From the NCBI GenBank assembly GCA_030390025.1, contig CM059432.1, positions 152,646,001-152,710,000 on the forward strand: 64,000 nucleotides of DNA, read 5' to 3'. The notes beneath the pieces are model-generated. The model had not been told where the DNA came from. It saw nothing but the letters and a program-made list of their open reading frames with translations, and did no database searches. The position numbers and the translations under genes are program-made. This stretch comes from Squalus acanthias. Taxonomy: Eukaryota. Below, one piece after another: positions 36,601 through 48,145 of this stretch (the first letter of the stretch is position 1; each line of letters opens with the position of its first letter).

Positions 36601-38945
36601 GCTGTTGAATACTTTAAGGTATCTAGTGCTGTATGGCTGAAAATGCCAACTTTTATTTTGCGCTCTTTTCACATTTAACATGCAGGCTCTTCATAAGGAG
36701 TACAGCGCTGTGCCCAACAATCAGTGCTGGCGTTATTGTGGAGGATGCAGAATGAACACCTTTTTTATTTAGTAATTCCTGGACAGAACTACCAAACAGT
36801 TAAAGAATGTGTGATTCATTCGCAGCACAATTGTGCCTCGTTTACATCAAAATCTAGAGTGTAATCTGATCTCTGGATTTGTTATGCTGGTTGTAGATTT
36901 CAGTGGCAGTCGCTGCAGTTATTGGTAGATCGTCAGTGGGAAAGCTCTACCGCTGATTGAGGTATTACAGTCTGGAATGCACATGCAGAACAGATCTGTG
37001 CAGAGTGAGTGTGCGTACGTGTGTGTGTGTAGTGCTTTTTCTTTAAAGAAGCTGACACCAAGAATGCCTGCAGAAACTGGCTAATCAGGTAGAATCCCGT
37101 GTTCTGGTTTCCATTTAGGATCATCACATTGTTGGTTGTAATCTGTTGCCTCCTTTTTTCACTCTTTCTTCCCATAACTCTTTCAGTTTCTCTGCTGTTG
37201 CTGCTGCCAGGTGAGTGACCCTTTCTTGATTTCTTTCTTTCTTCACACAAACATCTGAGCATTTTTTTTTCTGACCGTAAACATGGATGAGTTGAGCTCG
37301 GCATCTTTTGTTGCTTCCAATGTTGGTCCATGGGTTGGTTAGCAGGAAGCTTCCTTTGTGGAAAAATGTGAATGGAATCTCAGTTTTCCTCGTGGTGGAG
37401 TGCCCCATCTGGCAGCCCCCTAGGGAAGTGAGTGGACTGCTATATTAGTCCGTGGGACATAAACCTGCCACCATAGTACCGTAAAATCAACATGTTAATC
37501 AGCAGCTTCGTCTGGCCCATCACTGTCAGACAGCAACTGTTTCTATGTCATTTTAATTTTAAGAACTTACATTTGAAAGGGGGTGGGACAAAATTAAATA
37601 TCACTGTATTCAATCATATTCATTCAGGAACTCAGTGACCAATGTTGTTATTATTGAAAACCTTGAAACAACGCATGAAATGCAAAGTTAATCATTAAAT
37701 GGATATTTAGTCACTGAACATCAGTACTTGTGTTTGGGTAAAGGCCATTCATCCGGTTGTCTGTTATTCAACACCATATGCCCACCTTGTCCTATGGTGC
37801 TCAAATGTTTTTCAGGATATCCATTCTAGGGAAATTAAGTTTAAGGGAGCTTTTAGCTAGCTGTTTTTACTTCATTAGCTTCACTTTCAACACAGGGGAT
37901 CTCAGTTGTTCTGGTGCTAAAAGTGCTGCAGAATATTGAAAAGAGTCAGCCAGGATTTTTTAAAAGACGCTTGTTTTACGATTTTATTTTCTGTAGAATT
38001 TAACAGCACCTTGAGGTCCACTGGGCTAAGAAATGCTATGAAAGAGTCTCTTTGAGCTCCAGGTCTACGCCGCAGAAATTTTACAGCATCCTTTAAAGTC
38101 CTGTAAATATGATTTTCGGCTCCCTTCGTTTTAGAGGTAATTCACCTCTCCTTGTGCTTGAGGCTGTGAAAAGTAAACCAAAGGTGCAAAATTAAGGCCA
38201 ACAAAATTGTGTAAGCATCAGAATCAGTTAGAACGTTTTGTAGACCAGAAGGGAAAAGGAAACTGCTGGAGGTCGCTGGTTTGCTATTTACGCAAACTTT
38301 GCCGATGGAGCTGACCATGGACATCATTATGGGTTTAGCCACCTTTTCACTCACTCTTGTACCAACATTGTAATTCATAGATAAATGAACATAATTTAAA
38401 TAAAAATTGTATGAAGAGGTATTGCAGCCTTACTGCATTCAATCTCCCTGGAGTAAATGCTCAAGTAACCTGGAAGCAGTATTGGCATTTTGGTATTCCA
38501 TCTTAATTATAACCATGCTAATGGTGATGCTTCCCATAACGTCTCTTTTTTCTCTCTCTCTCTTAGTCTGTATTTCTCCATTTCATTTGTCTCTTTCCCG
38601 TATATGTTTGTCTCTCCACCTCTTGCTTGCTCTCACTCAAACTCTCTCTTGCTCTCTCTGCCCCATTTTGTCTCTCTCTTTTCCAACATGTTTTTATCTA
38701 ATGATGTTTAAGAACATAAGAACATAAGAAATAGGAGCAGGAGTAGGCCAATCGGCCCCTCGAGCCTGCTCCGCCATTCAATAAGATCATGGCTGATCTG
38801 ATCCTAACCGCCAATCTACTATCTATCACAGAACCATCTCCTGCATCTAACAGAATTGCACACACGAAATAGGAGCAGAATCAGGCTACACAGTCCCTGG
38901 GCCCGCTCCACTACCCACAGGGCCATGACCGATCCGAACCTAGAC

Positions 38946-41840
38946 TCATGTCCAAATTCCTGCCCGCTCCCCGTAACCCTTAATGCCCTTTACTTCTAGG
39001 AAACTGTCTATTTCTGTTTTAAATTTAATTAATGTTGTAGCTTCTACAGCTTTTTGTGGCAGCATATTCCATGGACCTACCACCCTCTGAGTGAAGTAGT
39101 TCCTCCTCATCTCAGTTTTGAAAGAGCAGCCCCTTATTCTAAGACTATGTCCCCTAGTTCTCGTCTCACCCGTCATCGGGAACATCCTCCCCGCATCCAC
39201 CCGATCCAACCCCTTCACAATCTTATATGTTTCAATAAGATCGCCTCTCATTCTTCTGAACTCCAATGAGTAGAGTCCCAATCTACCCAACCTCTCCTCA
39301 TATGACCACCCCCTCATCCCCGGGATTAACCGAATGAACCTTTTTTGCACTGCCTCGAGAGCAAGGATGTCTTTCCTTAAGTAAGGACACCAAAACTGTA
39401 TGCAGTATTCCAGGTGCGGTCTCACCAATACCTTGTACAACTGAAGCAATACCTCCCTATTTTTATATTCTATCCCCCTAGCAATGAAAGCCAACATTCC
39501 ATTTGCCTTCTTAATCACTTGCTGCACCTGCATACTAACCTTTTGAGTTTCGTGCACCAGGACCCCCAGATCCCTTTGCACTTCAGTACTCTCCAGTTTC
39601 TTGCCATTAAGATAATAAATTGCTCTAGGATTTTTCCTGCCAAAGTGCATCACCTCACACTTTCCAGTGTTGTATTCCATCTGCCAAATCTCTGCCCACT
39701 TACTTAGCCTGTCTATGTCCCCTTGCAGGTTTTTTATGTCCTCCTCATTCACTACTTTCCCTCCCATCTTTGTATCATCTGCAAATTTTGATATGTTACA
39801 CTTGGTCCCTTCCTCCAAATCGTTAATATAGATTGTGAAGAGTTGGGGACCCAGCACTGACCCCTGTGGAACACCACTAGTTACTGATTGCCAGTCTGAG
39901 AATGAACCATTTATCCCAACTCTTTGCTTTCTGTTAGATAGCCAATCCTCTATCCATGCCAGAATATTACCCCCAATTCCGTGATTTTTTACCTTAAGCA
40001 ATAATCTTTTGTGTGGCACCTTGTCAAATGCCTTTTGGAAGTCTAAATACACTACGTCCACTGGTTCCCCTTTATCCACTCTATATGTTACTTCCTCAAA
40101 GAACTCCAGCAAATTTGTCAAACATGACTTCCCCTTCGTAAAACCATGCTGACTTTGTCCTATTAAATTATGATTATCCAAATGTCCTGTTACTGTTTCC
40201 TTAATAATGGACTCCAAAATTTTACCTACCACAGATGTTAGGCTAACCGGTCTATAGTTACCAGCCTTCTGTCTACTGCCCTTTTTAAATAAGGGTGTTA
40301 CATTAGCAGTTTTCCAGTCTGCCGGGACCTTAGCGGAATCCAGGGAGTTTTGAAAAATTATTACCAATGCATCTACAATCCCTACCGCCACTTCCTTCAA
40401 GACTCTAGGATGTAAGCCATCAGGTCCAGGTGATTTATCCGCCTTGAGTCCCATTATTTTACCGAGTACCACTTCCTTAGTGATTTTGATCGTGTTTAGC
40501 TCCTCTCCCCCTATAGCCCCCTGTTTGTCCAGTGTTGGGATATTCTTAGTGTCCTCTACTGTAAAGACTGATACAAAATATTCATTCAGTGTTTTTGCCA
40601 TCTCCATATTTCCCACCATTAATTTCCCGGTCTCATCCTCTAAGGGACCAACATTTACTTTAGCCACCCTTTTTCTTTTTATATAACTATAAAAACTCTT
40701 ACTATCTGTTTTTATATTTTTTGCTAATTTACTTTCATAATCTATCTTCCCTTTCTTAATCAATCTTTTTGTTATTTTTTGCTGCCTTTTAAAGTTTTCC
40801 CAATCCTCTGTCCTCCCACTAGATTTCGCTACCTTATATGCCCTTGTTTTTAGTCGAATACTATCCTTAATTTCTTTACTTAGCCACGGATGACTGTCCT
40901 TTCTTTTACACCCTTTTCTTTTCAGTGGAATATATTTTTTTTGGAAGTTGTAAAATAACTCCTTGAATGTACACCACTGATCATGTGTCGTCTTACCCTT
41001 TAATCTATTTTCCCAATCCACTCTACTCAATTCCGCTCGCATACCTTCATAGTCTCCTTTATTCAAGCTTAGCACGCTTGTTTGAGATCCAACCTTCTCA
41101 CCCTCTAATTGAATATGGAATTCAACCATGTTATGGTCACTCATTCCAAGGGGATCCTTTACTAGGACATTTTTAATTAATCCTGTCTCGTTACACAGGA
41201 CCAGATCTAAGGTTGCTTGCCCCCTGGTCGGTTCAGTTACATACTGCTCAAGAAACCCATCCCTAATACACTCAATGAACTCATCCTCAAGGCAGCCCTG
41301 CCCCATTTGATTTGTCCAATTAATATGATAGTTAAAATCCCCCATAATTATAGATGTTCCCTTATTACATGCCTCAACTATTTCCTGATTGATACTCCGT
41401 CCAATAGAGTTGCAACTGTTTGGAGGCCTATAGACTACGCCCACTAATGTTTTTTTCCCCTTATTATTCCTTATCTCCACCCAAACTGTTTCATTATCAT
41501 GATTTTTTGACCCAATATCATTACTCTGTATTACAGTGATTCCTTCCTTTATTAACATAGCCACCCCACCTCCCCTTCCTTCCTGCCTGTCCTTCCTGAT
41601 CGTTAAATAACCTGGTATGTTTAATTCCCAGGCATTGTCACCCTGCAGCCATGTTTCTGTAATGGCCACAATATCATAACCATATGTAGTTATTTGTGCC
41701 ATTAACTCATCTATTTTGTTACGAATGCTACGTGCATTCAGATAGAGAACTTTCAAATATGCTTTGTGGCACTTAGTTCCTGCTTTTTCACTTTTTACCA
41801 GTTTACCTTTTACTCCACACACTCTGTCCCTTCCTGCCAC
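38946..41840 (-). CDS. CR1 ORF2: apurinic-like endonuclease + reverse transcriptase (964 aa)
   Basis: Uninterrupted [47 protein letters not shown]. Confidence 0.97.
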   Translation of the reverse strand: MAGRDRVCGVKGKLVKSEKAGTKCHKAYLKVLYLNARSIRNKIDELMAQITTYGYDIVAITETWLQGDNAWELNIPGYLTIRKDRQEGRGGGVAMLIKEGITVIQSNDIGSKNHDNETVWVEIRNNKGKKTLVGVVYRPPNSCNSIGRSINQEIVEACNKGTSIIMGDFNYHINWTNQMGQGCLEDEFIECIRDGFLEQYVTEPTRGQATLDLVLCNETGLIKNVLVKDPLGMSDHNMVEFHIQLEGEKVGSQTSVLSLNKGDYEGMRAELSRVDWENRLKGKTTHDQWCTFKELFYNFQKKYIPLKRKGCKRKDSHPWLSKEIKDSIRLKTRAYKVAKSSGRTEDWENFKRQQKITKRLIKKGKIDYESKLAKNIKTDSKSFYSYIKRKRVAKVNVGPLEDETGKLMVGNMEMAKTLNEYFVSVFTVEDTKNIPTLDKQGAIGGEELNTIKITKEVVLGKIMGLKADKSPGPDGLHPRVLKEVAVGIVDALVIIFQNSLDSAKVPADWKTANVTPLFKKGSRQKAGNYRPVSLTSVVGKILESIIKETVTGHLDNHNLIGQSQHGFTKGKSCLTNLLEFFEEVTYRVDKGEPVDVVYLDFQKAFDKVPHKRLLLKVKNHGIGGNILAWIEDWLSNRKQRVGINGSFSDWQSVTSGVPQGSVLGPQLFTIYINDLEEGTKCNISKFADDTKMGGKVVNEEDIKNLQGDIDRLSKWAEIWQMEYNTGKCEVMHFGRKNPRAIYYLNGKKLESTEVQRDLGVLVHETQKVSMQVQQVIKKANGMLAFIARGIEYKNREVLLQLYKVLVRPHLEYCIQFWCPYLRKDILALEAVQKRFIRLIPGMRGWSYEERLGRLGLYSLEFRRMRGDLIETYKIVKGLDRVDAGRMFPMTGETRTRGHSLRIRGCSFKTEMRRNYFTQRVVGPWNMLPQKAVEATTLIKFKTEIDSFLEVKGIKGYGERAGIWT

Positions 41841-41935
41841 GCTCTGATTTGTGATTCCCCTACTGCTACCTATGTCTATGACCCTCTCTGTTGTCCTTTT
41901 TATTTTTTGCTCTCTTGAAACCTCCCCCCCACTAA

Positions 41936-42892
41936 TTAGTTTAAAGCCCTCTCCACAGCCCTAGTTATTCGATTCGCCAGGACACTAGTCCCAGCACTGG
42001 CCAAGTGAAGTCCGTCCCAACGGAACAGCTCTCTCCTGCCCCAGTACTGGTGCCAGTGTCCCAAGAAGCAAAACCCATTTTTCCCACACCAGTCTTTGAG
42101 CCACGCATTCAACTCCCTGATTTTATTTACCCTAGCCAAATTTGCTCGTGGCTCAGGTAGTAATCCAGAGATTATTACCCTCGAGGTTCTGCTTTTTAAT
42201 TTGGCCCCTAGCTGCTCAAACTCCCTCAGCAGAACCTCTTTCCTTGTCCTATCTATGTCATTGGTACCAACATGGACCACGACAACTGGATCCTCCCCCT
42301 CCCACTCCAAGTTTCTCTCCAGCCCAGAGGAGATGTCCTTAACCCTGGCACCGGGCAGGCAACACAGCCTTCGGGACTCTCGCTCTTGGCTGCAAAGAAC
42401 CCTATCTATCCCCCTAATGATACTATCCCCTACCACTACAACATTTCTTTTTACTCCCCCCACTTGAATGGCCCCCCTTACCACGGTGCTGTGGCCAGGT
42501 TGCTCATCCTCCCTGCAGTCCCCGCTCCTATCCACACAGGGAGTAAGAGCCTCGAACCTGTTGGACAAGAGCAAGGGCTGCGGCTCCTCCAACACTACCT
42601 CCTGGATCCCTGTACCTGCCTCACTCGTAGTCACACCTTCCTGTCCCTGACCACGGGCTACTTCTGAATTAGTTACTCTAATTGGTGTGACTACCTCCTG
42701 AAACACGGAGTCCAGGTAACTCTCCCCCTCCCTGATGTGTCGCAGTGTTTGAAGCTCGGACTCCAGCTCATCAACACGGAGCCGGAGTTCCTCGAGCAGC
42801 CAACACTTACTGCAAATGTGTTCACCATGAACATCAATGGTGTCCACCAGCTCCCACATATTGCAGCAGTAACACATCACCTGCTCTCCCAT
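41936..42892 (-). CDS. CR1 ORF1: Cys-rich zinc finger, coiled coil and SGNH/GDSL esterase-like domain (318 aa)
   Basis: CYCC..W..CSKC; LEELRLRVDELESELQTL; VVGDS, HVGTND, DGLH. Confidence 0.93.
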   Translation of the reverse strand: MGEQVMCYCCNMWELVDTIDVHGEHICSKCWLLEELRLRVDELESELQTLRHIREGESYLDSVFQEVVTPIRVTNSEVARGQGQEGVTTSEAGTGIQEVVLEEPQPLLLSNRFEALTPCVDRSGDCREDEQPGHSTVVRGAIQVGGVKRNVVVVGDSIIRGIDRVLCSQERESRRLCCLPGARVKDISSGLERNLEWEGEDPVVVVHVGTNDIDRTRKEVLLREFEQLGAKLKSRTSRVIISGLLPEPRANLARVNKIRELNAWLKDWCGKNGFCFLGHWHQYWGRRELFRWDGLHLASAGTSVLANRITRAVERALN

Positions 42893-43102
42893 TCTATGTA
42901 ATTAATTAAAAATGTATTATTTACCCTTCAGTTAATTTATGCCAGCAGTCTCTGCTACACCACAGATACCCGAGAAACAATAAAATTGAAGTTTTGTATA
43001 AAAAAAAAGAGAAATACTCACCAACCAATCACTTACCTGCTTTCTGGTGACGTCACACTTCGATTATTTTTTACCTCTCTCCTGCTCTCGGCTTGGTGAA
43101 AG

Positions 43103-43626
43103 CCTACCTGGTCGCTGCCGCCTTTTACCGCCGCCGCCTCGCCGCTGTTGCTCCACCCAGGTCCGCCGCCTCTGTGGGCCTACCTGGTCGCTGCCGCCTT
43201 TTACCGCCGCCGCCTCGCCGCTGTTGCTCCACCCAGGTCCGCCGCCTCTGTGGGCCTACCTGGTCGCTGCCGCCTTTTACCGCCGCCGCCTCGCCGCTGT
43301 TGCTCCACCCAGGTCCGCCGCCTCTGTGGGCCTACCTGGTCGCTGCCGCCTTTTACCGCCGCCGCCTCGCCGCTGTTGCTCCACCCAGGTCCGCCGCCTC
43401 TGTGGGCCTACCTGGTCGCTGCCGCCTTTTACCGCCGCCGCCTCGCCGCTGTTGCTCCACCCAGGTCCGCCGCCTCTGTGGGCCTACCTGGTCGCTGCCG
43501 CCTTTTACCGCCGCCGCCTCGCCGCTGTTGCTCCACCCAGGTCCGCCGCCTCTGTGGGCCTACCTGGTCGCTGCCGCCTTTTACCGCCGCCGCCTCGCCG
43601 CTGTTGCTCCACCCAGGTCCGCCGCC
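43103..43626 (-). repeat. 76-bp CpG-rich tandem array (6.9 identical copies) at the CR1 5' end
   Basis: Units start at 43103, 43179, 43255, 43331, 43407, 43483 and 43559; no differences seen. Confidence 0.95.
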
Positions 43627-44720
43627 GTTTCTCTCCCACCTTTCTCTTTCCCCTGTCTGTTTATTCATTTATCTGTGAGTCCCCCATGTCTGTTCATATC
43701 TGTTTGCATCCCTCTTTCTAATTGTGTCTGTCTGCTTCTGTCTTCTCTCCTTTTTTCATCCTGACTGTGTGTATGTGTGTGTATATATACACGCCTCTTT
43801 TTATTGTTGATTTTTTTAAACTGTGTTAAAATCTTACGTCTGTACATACATTCTCTCCACAAACTGTGCTCCAGTTGTCAGGTTTTTGCTTATTCTTGTG
43901 TGTCAACTTTTCCCATTGTAAATTCCTGTGTCTACATTTTCCATTCAATTTTCCTTTTTCAACTTTCACGGTTTGTTGATGAACTAATCAAATCACCCAA
44001 AGTGCTTAATTTTCATCCTATTTTTATTTCAGCAACAGAAATTTCTATATCCAGAATAAATTTTTAAACAAAATTTTAAAAAACCCCAGAAAGTTACACA
44101 ATTTCACAATGACATGATAGGATATATTCATTGAATTATTTTTGGTGTCTGTTTACACCTTCGTTAAAGTTTTTACCTGAAGGTCTGAGCCGATCCCACG
44201 AGTCTGGGTTTGAACATGATATTGTTGCCTACATGTGATTCTATCAGATAAAGGCAGCTCCTGCAGTCTGAGCACATAACTTGAAAGCAGGATTGGCATT
44301 TTGGTATTCCATCTTTTGCCATCAATTTCCCAGGATGCATCAGTAGCATTTAAACTAGCCAAATGGTTGTTTTTCATAATTACTAGAGGACGAATTTTAA
44401 AAGCTTTATTCAGGTAAAATTTACTTGACTTTTTTGAAAACAAAGTCTAAATGTGTGTGTGAAGGAAAACATTGGATTAATCTGTTGTAGCTTTAGTTGA
44501 TGTTCAAATTATACTCTGTAAACTTCAGAAAGAGTATAATTAAGCTGAGAGAGAGGGAAATATCTTTCCTCGTCCTAATTTGAGTTCTTAAATAAAATAG
44601 TTGAATTTCTAAATCAAACAGAGCCTCTAATTATCACTTGATTATCACCTGTCTTGATAGTTAGGAAATGTAAACATTCTAATTATTGATATCTGTGAAA
44701 TAGAAGGGAAAGTGCGTGTT

Positions 44721-44730
44721 CACACACACA

Positions 44731-44773
<43 letters not shown>

Positions 44774-44795
44774 GTGCATATATATATATATATAA
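44721..44795. repeat. (CA)n followed by (TA)n microsatellite
   Basis: Direct reading. Confidence 0.95.
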
Positions 44796-45418
44796 TAGAG
44801 TTTCTTTTCTCATCCCAATTTCAATTATTTTAGAAAAAGGATAAAATGTGTTGCACTTTGAAATCAAACCATGCTGCCAAACTCCAGGACCCCCACCCCA
44901 GTTCTGCTAGAGCCAAGAAGATTCCCAGGACCATGCCCAGTGCAGCCAAACTCTGTACCCTTCCTAAGTACTGCTATATACCAGATGCCTATCTCCAATG
45001 TTACACCTTGCATACCATCTTGCTATGTATCCTGAATTTTAAAAGTTGGAAAGAAATAACAATTAAATACATAGATAAAGGAATTATATAAATATATACA
45101 AAATAAAATAAAGACCACTCATTTATGGTTTTCATAGATTAATGGGCAAAATTGCAGAATTGGATTCCCAAAGCACTGGTAAAAATACCATGTAATAAAA
45201 ATGGGATTTGACTTGCTCAGTTACGCTGATGTTCTGCCCTACATGGTGTAACGCCCTATTGTTATAAAACAGCTCTAATTATTGTGAGTAACGCCATAGG
45301 AGATATGCTAGTAATATATTCAAAGCTTTGTTTATAACAAGGACTTCCTGTAATGGTAGTTTACTCCCAATCACACTTTCCCCATCACATAACAACAAAC
45401 CAGAACAATAGACATAAA

Positions 45419-45686
45419 GGGCTGGATTTTGATACTGGGGTGGGTTGGGGTCGTGTCATCCGCATTTCGTGTTATCCACCCGCCTGCAATTGGATGTGGG
45501 AGATTGATGCAATTTTCACTTAATTGGGCAATTGAGTTCCAGCATGTGGGAACCCATGAACCAATTAGTGGTTTCAGTCTGAAAGTCGCCTCTGATGATG
45601 TCATCATTGCTGGTCAGAGACTGCCTGGTCTCAGAGATTGCCTGGCCTTTGCTGTGAGAGGACCTGGATGCAAAATGAGCAGCATC

Positions 45687-45721
<35 letters not shown>

Positions 45722-46154
45722 CAACCAAGTCCTCCCAGGCAGTCTCTGAAGACATTTTCAGACCTAATACTACTACTACCTTCATCACAATACTACTACT
45801 ACCACCTTCATCACATCTCCGTTGTAATAGTGGACCTGCAGTTGATAGTCAGCTATCCACTTGTGCTCCCGCCAGGTTTCACTGGCGTGTTTCACATCAG
45901 GCGTACTTCACGTCGGAAAAGGGTTAAACTAGCTAAAATGTTTCAAAATGGCATTACAGAGCCAATTTAGGGCTTGTTAAGGGCTTTAATGGCCTCTCCC
46001 GCCTCTTGGAGGCGGGACGGAGTCGGGAACCCCGCGACCGATTTTGTCAAAATTGCGTGGAGGCGGAATGGAGTCGGGATGGGGCCCGAATCTGCAACTT
46101 TAACCCCCCACACACCTCCAAACCCGACTCCACGGGTCATTGAAAATCCAGCCC
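45419..46154. mobile_element. Non-autonomous Harbinger-like TIR element containing (GA)n and (CTA)n
   Basis: Perfect 12-bp TIR GGGCTGGATTTT/AAAATCCAGCCC; 3-bp flanks AAA/AAA. Confidence 0.85.
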
Positions 46155-46234
46155 AAAGCAAATGTAGGAATCGAAAATGGGGGAAAATGGATAGCAAACT
46201 ACTAAAACCCACATAAATGGGCAATCCTGAATAA

Positions 46235-47055
46235 CATCCGAACACATGAACAAGGACAGACAGGAAATTACCCTCTGGCTCATCCAGCCTGTCCCACACA
46301 CCTGTGATGCTTTGTGCATCACAATATATACACAGTCATGTGATCTCCTGGGAGAGGCGAGAAGACAGATTAAAAACCCAGGTCCAATTTAGGGGAAAAA
46401 TCTGAAAAATTCCTCTCCCACCCGCTTTGGCGATCAAAACTAGTCCAGGAGACCACTTTATCCCAGTTTGAAGTTATATAGTACTTACCTTTTGTACGAA
46501 GTGATCTCCACCCCAGCTAGAAACAGGTCCAGCTCTCTCTCGAAGGAATTCAGTGAATGGGTGTCCACCGCACGAGCTAGGGACCTGTTCCACAGGTCCA
46601 CTCTTCTCTGGGAAAAGAACCACCTCCTGACATCTTATCTAGTTCTGACCTTACATAACTTGAGTATGTGACCCCTGGTCCTCCCTAACCTATCTAGGTG
46701 AAACATACGGTCTACAGAACCACAATTTATTCCCTTAATGATCTTATGAACCTCAGTCAAATCACCCCTTAGTCTACGCTTCACTAAAGTGTAGAGAAAC
46801 ATAGAAACATAGAAGATAGGAGCAGGAGTAGGCCATTCGGCCCCTCGAGCCTGCTCCGCCATTTAATGAGATCATGGCTGATCATCCAAATTCAGTTCTT
46901 TTAGCCTATCTTGATAACGAAGTTGCTTCAAACTGGGAATTAATCTTGTGGCCCTCCTCTGTACCCTTTCCAAAGTCTCAATATCACCCACTATGTGAGG
47001 AGACCAAAACTGGACACTGTATTCTAACTGAAGCCTGACCAAGGTCTTGTACAAG
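46235..47055 (-). mobile_element. Older CR1 3' fragment with a long 3' UTR
   Basis: LYKTLVRLQLEYSVQFWSP...RRLRGDL...RTRGH; left boundary approximate. Confidence 0.8.
46795..46895 (-). mobile_element. About 100-bp young CR1 3' tail nested in the older CR1
   Basis: Near-identical to 15721-15821. Confidence 0.85.
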
Positions 47056-47162
47056 TCAGGAGAACCTTCCAATAAAAGAAAGGAGAAGGTGAACCAATCA
47101 AATCACTCAATGTTTTTTGAAAAGATTTTCACCGACCTTCTCTTGGTAACGGAAGATTCTAA

Positions 47163-48046
47163 GGCCGCGATTTTGCCAGCGGTGTCGGGATGGGGGCGGG
47201 ACAGCTGGTTTCCGGGTTCTGGTCCCGCCCGCAGCAGCTCCTGCTGCACAGACGTGATTTTCCCTTGAGTGACCTTGTTAAGCCCCGCCCTGCGGGCTTG
47301 CCGGCCAATTAACAGGAAGTGGGTCTGATGACATCATTTGATGACGCGTGATCTGCTGGTTTCATTAAAGGGACCACGCACATTTTTATTTTGACAGTTG
47401 ATTTCTCAGTGTTTGACAGTATTGAGGTGCTGCAAACACTGACAATCATTGCACAAAGGTGACCTCTTGCATCCAGGCTCTCCAATCACTCCCTCCATAG
47501 GCTGGAATAGATGGCAGCTGCAGGTGAGGTGACAGAAGCGATCTGTTACGAGTGAGAGAGGTTCTCCCAATGAGGTGGCACTGGACATATAGTTGGATTA
47601 AAAAACTTGTTACCTAAAGAAATCTGTAAATGTTTTAAAAATGCAGTAACCAACATTTTCTTTGCTCTGAAACTCACCATGTGCAACATTGGATCCTTCA
47701 CACCACTTCTGTGGCTGTCATCTTTTCACAAACATTACACTAGACTCACAACACACCACATTTACCTGGCGTGGTGTCCGGACATCGGGAAACCCGACCC
47801 AGAAGCGGGAAAATCCAAAAACAGGCTGAAAACTACTGACAAGTACCTGTTAATAGGCAGGTAATTGCCTTTAATCCGCTTCCCGCCACTAGGTGTCGGG
47901 TCCATTCGTAAATCAGGGACCTGACACTTGGGAAAGCTGTTCGGAGGCGGGTTGACGGCGAAATCACAACCCGCCGTCAATCAAATCGAATTTAACCTCT
48001 GACTCGCCTCCAAACCTGCCCTCTGAGCGCCGGCAAAATCACGGCC
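47163..48046. mobile_element. PIF/Harbinger deletion derivative
   Basis: TIR GGCCGCGATTTTGCC/GGCAAAATCACGGCC; canonical TAA/TAA TSD; possible Myb-gene remnant at ~47465-47585. Confidence 0.9.
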
Positions 48047-48145
48047 TAATAGTTTAACGACATAAAGACATTAAAAATTACATATTTCACATGATTAAGC
48101 TTAGCTGTCTGAGTACCTGCTCAAAAATATTGGCTTGGACTTAAT

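Larger units (their letters stand above)
38710..43626 (-). mobile_element. Full-length CR1 LINE with intact ORF1 and ORF2
   Basis: 5' tandem array, 5' UTR, ORF1, ORF2, 3' UTR and (TTCTTATG)n tail; possible short TSD GTTT (38706-38709 / 43627-43630); inserted in a CT-rich tract. Confidence 0.97.

Noticed and set aside
38142..38378. TRVSEKVA resembling GLI3 exon 2 (TRTDVSEKAVA)
   Set aside because: Wrong strand and order; short chance match
43047..43764. 176-224-aa Pro/Arg/Ala-rich ORFs
   Set aside because: Produced by the 76-bp tandem array; open in all three frames
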